From assembly GCA_964106645.2 (NCBI GenBank), contig OZ067043.1: 64,000 nucleotides of DNA; one strand, given 5' to 3'. The DNA comes from Podarcis pityusensis (taxonomy: Eukaryota). Shown here piece by piece: positions 51,274-61,761 of this stretch (position 1 is the stretch's first letter; every line of letters begins with the position of its first letter). The translations under genes and the position numbers were made by a program. The notes beneath the pieces were generated by a model. The model was not told where the DNA came from, did not search any database, and saw only the letters and a list, made by a program, of their open reading frames with translations.

Positions 51274-51515
51274 CAGTGGTACCTTGGGTTAAGTACTTAA
51301 TTCATTCCGGAGGTCCATTCTTAACCTGAAACTGTTCTTAACCTGAAGCACCCCTTTAGCTAATGGGGCCTCCTGCTGCTGCCGCGCCGCCGGAGCACGA
51401 TTTCTGTTCTCATCCTGAAGCAAAGTTCTTAACCTGAAGCACTATTTCTGGGTTAGCAGAGTCTGTAACCTGAAGCGTATGTAACCTGAAGCATATGTAA
51501 CCAGAGGTACCACTG
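51274..51515. mobile_element. Tc1/mariner MITE (242 bp)
   Basis: TA TSD; same family as 43236. Confidence 0.9.
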
Positions 51516-51993
51516 TATATTGGAAGATCTCTGAAAATTGTATTCTGAGACACCACCCCAATCTCTGAGCAGTGTGAGATTCCAGGGGTTCTGGGCACCT
51601 ACCCTGGGTTCATGTTTCCTTTGAGAATGAGGCACAGTGGAGAATGTGGTGTCTTAGCAGGTTGAGATAGACTTGCTAAGATGTATAAGACTGAATCGGA
51701 TAAGTGCTGGAGATGCAATGAGGTCGAGGGCATGTTCTTTCTTATGTGGTGGACTTGTAAAAGGGTAAAAGAGTATTGGGAAATGATTTATAATGAATTG
51801 AAAAAAATGTTTAAAAGCACCTCCCCCCCCCCAAAAAAAAACCCAGAGTCCTTTTTGTTGGGGATAATTCAGACGGAAATTCCCAGGCGTCAGATAAGGT
51901 TATTCATCTACACCACTATGGTGGCCCAGGTTTTATTAGCCCAAAAATGGAAAACAAGCGAGGTCCCAACCAAAGAAGAATGGCAATTTAAAC

Positions 51994-52295
51994 CAGGGGT
52001 CAACAAGGTTTACCTCGCCCGGGCTGGTTTACTCCAGTGGAGATCCCTACGTGGGCTGGATTGCGCACATGCGCCCGCAATTTCTGGCATCTGCGCAGAC
52101 ACGATTTTCAGCGTCTGTGCATGCACAGATGTGATTTCCAGCGCCGTGGAAGCAAGTCCCCGTGCGCTGTGCTGGTTTAGCGCAGCGTGTGGGGACTCGC
52201 TGAGCAGGCGGCTTGGTTCATGGGTGGCTTGTGGGCCAGTTAAATGACCCCCATGGGCCGCTTGTGGCTCATAGGCCTTAGGTTGCTGACCCCTG
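51994..52295. mobile_element. hAT MITE nested in L1
   Basis: CAGGGGTCAACAA...TTGCTGACCCCTG. TSD atttaaac/acttaaac. Confidence 0.85.
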
Positions 52296-52589
52296 ACTTA
52301 AACTGTTGGAATATGCACAGCTTGAGGATCTAACTTACAGAATACGAGAACAAGAAGAACACTCATTTAAAGAAAATGTTTATTGAATATATAGGGGATA
52401 TATGTACACTTGAAAACATTGGCAGCATTAAGATAAATTCAACAGTGTAAATAAGTTTTGATGGAAGTAACAATGGAATACTGAATGGTTTAGTTTATAT
52501 AAAATATGCGGGGATTTATGTTGTGCAAAATGAACCATGGAAAGAGAAGAAGGGAAGTCACTGATATTTTAAGGTTGTCTAAATGAATA

Positions 52590-52831
52590 CAGTGGTACCT
52601 CGGGTTAAGTACTTAATTCGTTCCGGAGGTCTGTTCTTAACCTGAAACTGTTCTTAACCTGAAGTACCACTTTAGCTAATGGGGCCTCCTGCTGCTGCCG
52701 TGCTGCTGGAGCACGATTTCTGTTCTCATCCTGAAACAAAGTTCTTAACCCGAGGTACTATTTCTGGGTTAGCGGAGTCTGTAACCTGAAGTGTATGTAA
52801 CCTGAAGCGTACGTAACCCGAGGTACCACTG
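52590..52831. mobile_element. Tc1/mariner MITE (242 bp) nested in the L1 3' UTR
   Basis: TA|CAGTGGTACCTCGGGTTA...TAACCCGAGGTACCACTG|TA. Confidence 0.9.
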
Positions 52832-54522
52832 TATTGAAATTGTAAAACAGAAAATGTAATACAAATTATATATATAAAAGAGAGAGAATGTGGTGTCTTT
52901 ATGGTTTCTTTACACAGATATACAACCTGATCCTACAATGGAGGGGTTCACAGCATCAACACCCCAAGAGGTTCTTGTTTCCCTCATAGCCACAGCCTTG
53001 GAGTCAAGCAGACATCAAACATCGTTCTGCCTCTCTTCTTCCAGTTTGTTGCTTTACGTTTCACCCACTTCACTGCCACCTCTGCCCTAAACTGGCTTTG
53101 TCTGTCGAGGGCCCACCCATTTGCCATCTTACAACAAGCCCCTTAATCACCCCATCACCTCACCAGGAAGCTAGCTTGGCTAATCCGAGAATTAGAAGGC
53201 TTGATTAGCTTTTAACACATGCTGGATCCAGGGAGTAGATGGGGTCTGGTGTACAGTTTAACAACCCCAAATGCACAACACAAGCAACAGTTAATTATAA
53301 GCAGCAACCGTTTGAGAGAGCTGCACACATAAACCCAACAACAGATTTTCATCTAAGCTACTACTGCTGAACATCGCACTGAGCTTTGGTTAGCAAAACT
53401 CAAAGATTTGCTTTGAGCCCTCCCAGTAAGAACCGATACAGAGTTGATACCCTGACACACACATTCATATCAGTAAATGCACTAGAACAAATATTTATAG
53501 ACATCGAAAATGAAGATACATTCAATATGCAGTTAAACACAGAGGGGAAGCACATTCTTTGGGCGGTTATCCTGAAATTTCTCATTCAAAAAATTAATGA
53601 ACAGAGACCATTTTCCTAAAATGCGTCATTTTGTGAGTTATACTGACCTCTTGGGTAACAGGTCAGTTTTGTTAGCTTTTTTAATAATTCATTCTGCATC
53701 CATTGATTTCCACTGTTGAGCAAGACACACTTTTAGTCCAACAGCCTGCAATGCAGGAATCTTTTGCCCTATGTGGGGCTCGAACCCACAACTCTAAGAT
53801 CTCATGATCTTCCAACTGAGTCATGATTACAGCAAGCCTTCTGGGTGCAGAGCCAGAACATTCCCCCCAGAACACTGAAGCCCGTCCCCACCCTTCAGCT
53901 GGCATCACCCAGAGACACCAGTGGATTGACAAGTGGTTTGGACAGAAATGGATTTGTAGGCCAAGACTGGCTTGCAGACCAGAAGTTCCCCATCCCTGGT
54001 TATTGTCTCTTCTCTCCTGTTCTGGCCCTGTAAAGGCAGCAAGTGCACAACTGGCTTTAACTGAGGTCAAAAGCAAACTCTGTCTTCAGCCTACCTCTCT
54101 CAGGCTCTTAAAGGGCCAGCCCTTTGGCTTGACAGTGAGCACAGCTCCTAGACTCCACAGCCCCATGGCTGGTGCGCTCCATGCAGCACTGAACCTGTGA
54201 GATGCTGTGGAAGACACCTGGGAGGGTCCTGGCTGTGGCTCTACAGACCCAGTTGCTTTGGGAGGTTGTTCCATAGACTCCTGACTGACAGCCTCGCAGC
54301 CAGTGGCCTACCAGCCTCAAGCAGCAGGCCCAGAGCTCTGAACCTGGCCTGGCCCACCAGCTGGTAACACACACTGGGGCCTTGAGCCCTGCATCCCAAT
54401 CACTGCTGGACTCCAGGATCACGACATCATCCCACTGCATTCCTGAACCCTAGTCCAATTACTGCTGATGAAATGGCAAGCTCATACTCTCCAACATTTC
54501 ACTGTTGAAAATAGGGACGTCC

Positions 54523-54790
54523 CTCCCGTTGCTCGGTCCCTGCTCCTGCCAACCTAGCAGTTCGAAAGCACGTCAAAGTGCAAGTAGATAAGTAGGTACC
54601 ACTCTGGCGGGAAGGTAAATGGCATTTCCGTGCGCTGCTCTGGTTCTCCAGAAGCGGCTTAGTCATGCTGGCCACATGACCCGGAAGCTGTACGCCGGCT
54701 CCCTTAGCCAGTAAAGTGAGATAAGGGCCGCAACTCCAGAGTTGGCCACGACTGGACCTAATGGTCGGGGTCCCTTTACCTTTACCTTTA
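54523..54790 (+). mobile_element. 5'-truncated Sauria SINE inserted in another repeat
   Basis: Starts at ctcccgttgctcggtccc and ends in (ACCTTT)n. Lacks the A/B-box head. Confidence 0.85.
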
Positions 54791-55658
54791 TTCCATAATG
54801 ATGTTTTTACTATTTATACCCCACACATCTTCCTGAGTTGCCCCAGCCATTCTGGGCAGCTTCCAACACATACAAAAACATAATAAAACATTAAACATTT
54901 TTTAAAAAACCTTTCCCTATACAGTATTGCCTTCAGTCAGCTGGGGGGGGGGTCAGATAACTCCATACCCTCCAACACTTGCCCTTTGCTACTGGGAGGC
55001 CCGCATGCCATATTGAGTGTGCTTGCGGCTGACGCTGTGAACAGATCGCCTGCGATGAAAGTTCTCTTATCAAGAGAGATAACAATAATATTTAGTTCCA
55101 ACAAAGCAGCCTTATTTAGATGGATTCCAAGGTCAACCCACACAGTTGCGAGTTTCCTGGTGCCTGGAGCCCATATTTTCTCCTACGTAATAGCTGGAAT
55201 ACCTCTGATCCTCCCCCACAGCAAACAGTTTGGGAGTGGAGTCCAGACCATAAACTACTGATGACATAAGGTTGCCGACAGCCAAGGGGGTCACATAAAT
55301 CTCCCTGGCTGGAAAGTGGGAGAGGACTAAAAAGTTTCCACTGCTAAAGATTATTTAAAGCCCATTTGCTTTTCTCCTAGCAGACCTCTAGTCCTCAAAT
55401 GTTTTTCCCTCCTACTTCTTGCAGTTGCCCTGAAGCTTACTCGAAGGCGATGCTGCCAGCTATCAGGAAAGAAACAAGCTGAATTAGATTAGCCTGAAGG
55501 CAACAGAATCCCAACAGAAGCCTAGAGATGCACTCGAAGTGAAAAAAAAGTGTAGGGCTGCCTGTCTATCAGAGACAGTGCCAGATGCTGGAGGACAATA
55601 GCTTTTATGTACTTGGTTGTGGGCTCTCAGTCATTATGCAGTTGGTCAGTGTAGAAGG

Positions 55659-56104
55659 CAGTGGCGGAGAAAGAGGGTGCAGTGAGGGTGGTGTGCCCTG
55701 GGTGTCATCCTGCCTGTGTGATTCCCAAGCCTCCCCTGACTCCTGAGATGTCAAAACGAAGCAGGAAGCCTGGGGGATGGGGGAGCTGCGCCGCTTTGCT
55801 GGTGTCATCCTTGAGGGGGGTGTCATCCCTTGGGGAGGGTGTGACATTCGGCACACTGCCTGCCCACGTGACTCCTGAGCCCCCCCCAACTCCTGAGATG
55901 TCAAAACACCCCATGCTCCATCCTTACCCTATGGGCGCCGCATGCCCACACCGTCCTGTCCCTATGGGCACCAAGCACCCCATCCCGATGGGCGCTGAGC
56001 ACCCCGTCCTGTCCTTATGGGCGCCATGCGCCCTGCTCCTATGGGCGGTTCTCCCTGCCCCAGCCGCGCCACCCCAGGTGCCTGAGAGGCTTCCTCCGCC
56101 GTGG
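55659..56104. mobile_element. GC-rich hAT MITE related to 37070, with an internal minisatellite
   Basis: TIRs cagtggcggagaaag / cttcctccgccgtgg, TSD gtagaagg. Repeated cc.atgggcgc units at 55928-56050. Confidence 0.8.
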
Positions 56105-56151
56105 GTAGAAGGCAGGATGCTGAACCCTCAGTGTGGTCCATCAGGGTAATT

Positions 56152-56593
56152 GTGAGAATGCCTGATTATCATTTTCCAAAGCAACTACTCTATTCTGAAT
56201 TTAAAAAGCGTAATGCTAGGGGTCAACAAAAGAGGTTTAAAGACTCTCTCAAGACAAGTCTTTAAAAAGTGTAGTATAAACACAGACAACTGGGAAACAC
56301 TGGCCTGCGAGCGCTCCAGTTGGAGAACAGCCTTTACCAAAGGTGTCATGGGCTTTGAAGATGCTCAAACTCAGGACAAAGGGGAGAAACGCGCTAAGAG
56401 GAAGGCATGTTTGGCTTCCTTTTAGCACGTTTCTTAGCACCATGATTAACTCCTGCCCGGAAACCTATGTCCCCACTGTGGAAGGATGTGTGGATCCAGA
56501 ATTGGCCTCCACAATCACTTATGGACTCACTGTGAAAACCATGTTTATGGAAGACAATCTTACTCGGCTACGAGTGATCGCCAAAGAAGAAGT
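56152..56593 (+). mobile_element. RTE-clade LINE 3' fragment (non-BovB; approximate)
   Basis: Translates, with frameshifts, to RMPDY.FPKQLLYSE..GQQKRFKDSL..WETLACERSSWR..CPHCGRMCGSRIGLHNHLWTH (C2H2). GAA tail. Confidence 0.8.
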
Positions 56594-56847
56594 TTCCTAT
56601 GTCATATGAATAGAAGCTGTGTATAATTTTGGATATTGGACTGCTTCCTCTTTCTAAGTGAGTGGAATAGAGACACCCTCACTATGGACTTGGGCATGTG
56701 TCCAATTAAAAAATGTTTGATAAATGGACCGATCAAGTATTTGTAGTTCCCCTATTGTGATAGCCCTGTGTGGGTGTTCTAGCTCGTCTTGATGAACACA
56801 GAAACAAAAAGTGGAATCTCACTGAACAGGGCTGCCCCCTATCTCTT

Positions 56848-57170
56848 ATTAGAATTTATATCCCCCCCATCCTTCCCAGGGAGCCCATGGCAGCAAACAG
56901 ATACACAATTGAAAAGCAAAAGCAAAACAAAATCTAAAGGTAGTTACAGTTAAAAAACATTCTCCTACCCAATGATTGCCAGGAACAGTAATGCCAAATG
57001 CTTGGGTAAACAGGAATGCTTTCAGATTCCTCCTGAAAATTGAGGATGATACTGACAGGTGCACCTCACTAAGGAGGACACACAACCAGGGGACCATCAC
57101 TGAAAAGGCCCTGCCATGGGTTAGTGCCAGCCAGGCAAATCCCAGTGGCAGCTCCACCAGCTAGGCCTTC
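56848..57170 (-). mobile_element. L2 LINE 3' fragment (approximate)
   Basis: Translates to GRAFSVMVPWL..SSSIFRRNLKAFLFTQAF. Confidence 0.65.
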
Positions 57171-57784
57171 CCTCAACATATTGGAAACATCTAATGTCTT
57201 TGCAGTTGCGGTATGTTTCTAGTATGGATGATGGCTAGCTCAAAGGCATAGCATATTTTGGACTCAGATCACTGCTGTGGTCCAGGCCCAGTGAAACCTT
57301 TGTAGAGTTAAAGCTCAGTAACCTACTGATCATCATCAATTAGTCCTCAGTTTTTTTGGCAGACAATAAAAACATCTAACCCCCCCCCCCCTCCTCGCCA
57401 TGGCACACACTCAGCACCATTAAAAGGCTATGCACTCCAATTTTTGCAGCTTGTAACTAACTGCTAATAAACCATAACCACTTAGTGAAATTTATGGCAC
57501 TTTCTTGGCAAGCAGCAGAAGTGATGTACATTGGAGGTCATGTACTTAATGCCAGCAGTGCTGGGTGGAGGAACCACATTATACTTCTTGTTGTATTCAC
57601 TTGGCATTGGGCAGATTTATGAGCCCCAGAAAGACTGACATTACATGAAAGCAGACAGTAACTGTCAAATATTGTCAGTAATAGTCATAAATATATTTAA
57701 AGACATTAAAAGAAAAAAGCCTCTTGTTGTCTTTCCAAAACTCCTACGGAATATATTCATCTATGGAAAGAGTCCTATATTTTA

Positions 57785-57786
57785 AT

Positions 57787-57843
<57 letters not shown>
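57785..57843. repeat. (TTTC)n microsatellite
   Basis: Perfect tetranucleotide array. Confidence 0.95.
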
Positions 57844-59350
57844 TCAGTGAATAGATAGCTGGAGTGGTATTCAGTATCTTGTTGGGGGCTAAGCTACAGT
57901 TCAGCAGCTGTGAAAGGGGAGCAATAGTGACTCACTCACCTCAACTTTTGCCAATAAACAGCACTACATTAAAATTTCACAGCTAAATTGTTGCATGATA
58001 CGTTTTCTTCTAGGCTGGATCTTAAGAATCTTGCTGAGTTGTATACCCTCCTAAACCAGGATGCTGATCCTGGGGAATTTTCTTCCTCCAAATTCAGCTG
58101 GGTAGCAGTGATTTATGATTGCAGATACACACACACAACCCAAAGTAGTAAACAGATGTGACCTAACCCCTTTAAACTTCAGTAGCTTGTAAGCAGGCTC
58201 CTATTTTTAAACCAGTAAAGAAAGCACAAGTTGAGTCTAAATGAAACATTTGCAACGTATTCAATTACACTGTAAGCGGAGGTGGGGACAGTTTGAAAGC
58301 CTCTTTAAAAAATAAGCAAACAGATGAGGAAATTGTCATTCCAGAAAGAGGGAGGGAATATTGTCTTAACAAACAATAAAGAATGACTTTACATACACAT
58401 AAATATGTTTCTTTTAAAAAAGAATTACTGGCCATGTCACAACATATAGAAATTATAATAGATGCTCCCCTAGGCTTTGACAGCTGAGATGCATATTTTC
58501 AGGACTCACCTGGCATTTTGTGATTGCATTGTAAGTGTTTGAAACTGTTTTTAGTATCATATTTTAAGTTGCTGAAACTCACTCTGTGACCTTAGGATGA
58601 AGGACAGGTAATAAATTAAAAAAAGTATTAACAGCACCAATGTTTATTAATTTGTGAATTGTTTTTCATATATAAGTCCCAAGAGATGTCTGTCCGAAGA
58701 TGTACAGACATATCATTAAGAAAAGTACAAAAACAACAAAGTATAGATTGAACAACAACACAAAATGAAACCTAAGGCAGAGAGACCTTTTCATCTACTT
58801 GTCAAAACAAAAATGTCTTCAGGTTTTCTTTGGGAAGTACAGGAGATGGGGACCTTTCACATCTTGACAGGAATACTTTTCTACACAACAGGGGAGCCAC
58901 ACTGAAAACCTTGCTCTGAGGTACTGTGAGGCAGGCTTCCGATATTGTGTGAATCTTACAAAGAAAATTTCCTGCAGAATGCAGTGACCTCCTAGATATA
59001 TAAAGGATAATTCAGTTTCTCAAGGAACCATCTTGGGGCAATTTGGAGAAAGGCCTTTTCCATGGTGGTACCTAGTTTGTGGAAAAGTCTCGCTGCTGAG
59101 ATAGGACAGGTCCTTAACTTAATTGTCATGAACTGGCAGGACAACGGGGAGGATGAACAGGTTCCTGGTGAGGGGGGAAGCTGGGACTCAGACACACCAT
59201 GGCAAGCAGGAGATGAGGAAGGAAGTTCTCACAGGGGGATGGAGGATGGTGAGGGGATGGGGTGGGGGTCAGTGCACAGGTACCAGAGTAGCAGGACTCA
59301 TCACCAGAGCCAGAGGAGCCCCAGTCTCCACAAAACAGCAGGCTCTAAGG

Positions 59351-59488
59351 CAGTCTTTCTCAACCTGTGGGTCCCCAGATGTTTTGGGACTACATCTCCC
59401 ATCACCCCTAGCTAGCAAGGCCAGAGCTCAGGGATGATGGGAGTTGTAGTCCAACAGCATCTGGGGACTCATAGGTTGAGAACCACTG
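59351..59488. mobile_element. palindromic hAT-Charlie-like MITE
   Basis: TSD ctctaagg and fold-back structure. Confidence 0.9.
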
Positions 59489-59677
59489 CTCTAAGGTATT
59501 TGGGCACTTTAGGAGGCTGAGGCAGGCAAGGGCCCACAGCCCAGCTCTCTAGCTGGCCAGGTGGGGCTCGCTAGCTCTGGGAGGAGGTGTGTGATTCCTC
59601 AGCTGGAGTAGGCTTGAAACAGGTGAAGGTCACATGTCTCATCAAACCCAGATGCTGCAATCAGCATGCAAAGTAAA

Positions 59678-59902
59678 TAGTGGTACCTCGGGTTACGAAC
59701 CTAATTCGTTCCAGAGCTCCGTTCTTAACCTGAAACCGTTATTAACCTGAGGCGAGCTTTCACTAATGGGGCTTCCCGATGCCGCTTCACTGCCGGCACA
59801 TGATTTCCGTTCTCATCCTGGGGCAAAATTCTCAACCCGAGGTACTACTTCCAGGTTAGTGGAGTTTGTAACCCAAAGCGTTTGTGACCCGAGGTACCAC
59901 TG
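59678..59902. mobile_element. Tc1/mariner MITE variant
   Basis: AGTGGTACCTCGGGTTAC...ACCCGAGGTACCACTG|TA. Confidence 0.85.
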
Positions 59903-59979
59903 TAAAAGGGAAGCAGAGCTGCGATTGTACAACTACCATGTTGATGGACCTTGACTTGGATGTTCCTGGACCTCTATAG

Positions 59980-60115
59980 CAGTGTTCCCCAACCTTGGGC
60001 CTCCAGCTGTTTTTGGACTACAATTCCCATCATCCTTGACCACTGGTCTTGCTAGCAAGGGATGATGGGAGTTGTAGTCCAAAAACAGCTGGAGGCCCAA
60101 GGTTGGGGAACACTG
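59980..60115. mobile_element. palindromic hAT-Charlie-like MITE
   Basis: TSD ctctatag; near-identical to 46198-46330. Confidence 0.9.
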
Positions 60116-60331
60116 CTCTATAGGACTGTGCTTCAGGTGTGACTCTTGACTCTATCCTGATTGCTGGACCTCAAACTTGGACTGCATTTCCTAATCTTTG
60201 GACTTCGTGTGGACTGACCCTCAGATTTTGAACTTGGCATATTGCCTTGTTGCCAGGTAGGCCAGGGGTTCAGGACATTAATGTGCTTTTGGTGTCTATT
60301 AAAAAACTATCTATTCACTCAGGCACTTTTT

Positions 60332-60543
60332 GAAGACTCCCTGGAAAATACCCTGATGCTGGGAAAGATTGAGGGAACTAGGAGAAGGGGACGACAGAGG
60401 ACGAGATGGTTGGACAGTGTTCTCAAAGCTACTAACATAAGTTTGACCAAACTGTGGGAGGCAGTGGAAGACAGGAGTGCCTGGTGTGCTCTGGTCCATG
60501 GGGTCCCAAAGAGTTGGATATGGCTAAACGACTAAACACCACC
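60332..60543 (+). mobile_element. BovB LINE 3' fragment
   Basis: Translates to EDSLENTLMLGKIEGTRRRGRQRTRWLDSV..WEAVEDRSAW. Same family as 44073. Confidence 0.9.
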
Positions 60544-61263
60544 ACACCTTCTTGTAACAATTTTTCTACTTACTGTAATTAGGCAGTGCATTTTATTTTC
60601 CTGTAGTTTTATTGCATGGTTTTTGTTAAGGCCATTCACAGCCTATATTGCTGATAGGGGATACATTTGTATCAGGCCCCAAGATGGCATGGGCCCTGGA
60701 CCCTAAGCTTTCATTTTAAGAAAAGTAAGTCAATTGGACATCTGTAAAGAAAGTTAAAAAGGAAAATGTGGAGACATTCTAAGGCTTATTAGAGGCAGAT
60801 GCAGAGAAGGGGCTGTTGCTAAAGGTGCTTGCAATCACTTAATTACCGTTGCTAAGCAATCACAGGAAGAAATGTTGGAAACCCCACCTGGGATGTGGAA
60901 GGGGGATTTCTAGAGCAATGGGGGAGAATCTTGCAGTGATTATTGCTAGCATGACACTAGACGCAGAAGGAGAACCTGACTGTGAACTGGGGTATGTTTG
61001 TTTAAACTCTTTCCTCCAAGTCCACATTCTTTTATGTACTCCCCAGGTGTGGTGTCTGTATAATATAAACCACAATTGGCTGGCTTGGGTATGTTTTACT
61101 TGGAAGTAACTCCTTGGAGATAAATGAGGCTTCCTTCCTATTGGGCGAAAAAATGTGATATTGCAAAACCTACCACTACATATTTTCCTTATCCCCCCCA
61201 CAGCTGCCATCATCACTAGGCTGTTATTTATCAATATACAGCAATTATTTTAAAAAATGCAAA

Positions 61264-61761
61264 ATGAATTGGCACATAGCTTGTTATGGCTTGGAAGAAA
61301 AGGACTTTAAAATTGTGTCAGCTTTCAGACTTGGAAGATTTATAAAGAAGGAGAGGCCCAGAGACTGTTTGATAACATTGAGATCAAAGGAGGAAAGGGA
61401 TAAGATTTTGGGACTACACTTTGTAAAATCACTGGAGGTGTTGGATAGAAGAATTGAAATTTATAAAGATATCCCAAGACTACTGCTTGATCTTAGAGCC
61501 GCCTATTCTGAACTTGTTAAACTACTAAGGAGCAACGCAATTCCATTCAGGTGGGAATTTCCCCAAGGATTATCTTTTACCTTTAGAGGGAGAAAGGTCA
61601 AAGTGAGAACACTTGAAGAGAGAGACAAATTTCTGTCTACATACGGAGAGGACCTTCAAAAAAGAATTGAACTACCTTCTGGGCCTGAGGCAACGCCAGT
61701 ACCAACATCAGCATCTGTGGAACCTGAAGACCCTGAGAAGATACCACCCCTTGAAAAATAA
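61264..61761 (+). CDS. LINE ORF1 C-terminal part (RRM/CTD-like); the first few codons may come from the flank
   Basis: SAFRLGR..PRDCLITL..IEIYKDIP..LVKLLRSNAIPFRWEFPQGLSFTFRG resembles L1 ORF1p. Lies directly upstream of ORF2. Confidence 0.75.
   Translation: MNWHIACYGLEEKDFKIVSAFRLGRFIKKERPRDCLITLRSKEERDKILGLHFVKSLEVLDRRIEIYKDIPRLLLDLRAAYSELVKLLRSNAIPFRWEFPQGLSFTFRGRKVKVRTLEERDKFLSTYGEDLQKRIELPSGPEATPVPTSASVEPEDPEKIPPLEK

Larger units (their letters stand above)
51656..52883 (+). mobile_element. 5'-truncated L1/Tx1-type LINE carrying two nested MITEs
   Basis: Translates to CWRCNEVEGMFFLMWWTC (zinc-knuckle region) and LAQKWKTSEVPTKEEW. 16-bp TSD gagaatgtggtgtctt (51640-51655, 52884-52899). 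Confidence 0.9.
59124..60277 (+). mobile_element. solo LTR carrying three nested MITEs
   Basis: TGTCATGAACTGGCAGGA...GCCAGGGGTTCAGGACA, perfect 5-bp TSD ttaat. About 637 bp after removing the inserts. Confidence 0.8.

Noticed and set aside
55928-56050. Repeat array resembling CRISPR repeat-spacer structure
   Set aside because: Degenerate minisatellite inside a vertebrate MITE, with no unique spacers or cas genes.
55661-56149. 162-aa Pro-rich ORF and other GC-rich ORFs (37016-37421, 38766-39302)
   Set aside because: They lie within GC-rich MITEs with TIRs, where stop codons are scarce by composition. These are not CpG-island promoters either.
24000-61200. Exons of the expected syntenic neighbour PTGIS or another gene
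   Set aside because: No cytochrome P450-like or other recognisable protein in the ORF track or by eye. Short exons could have been missed; tBLASTn would settle it.
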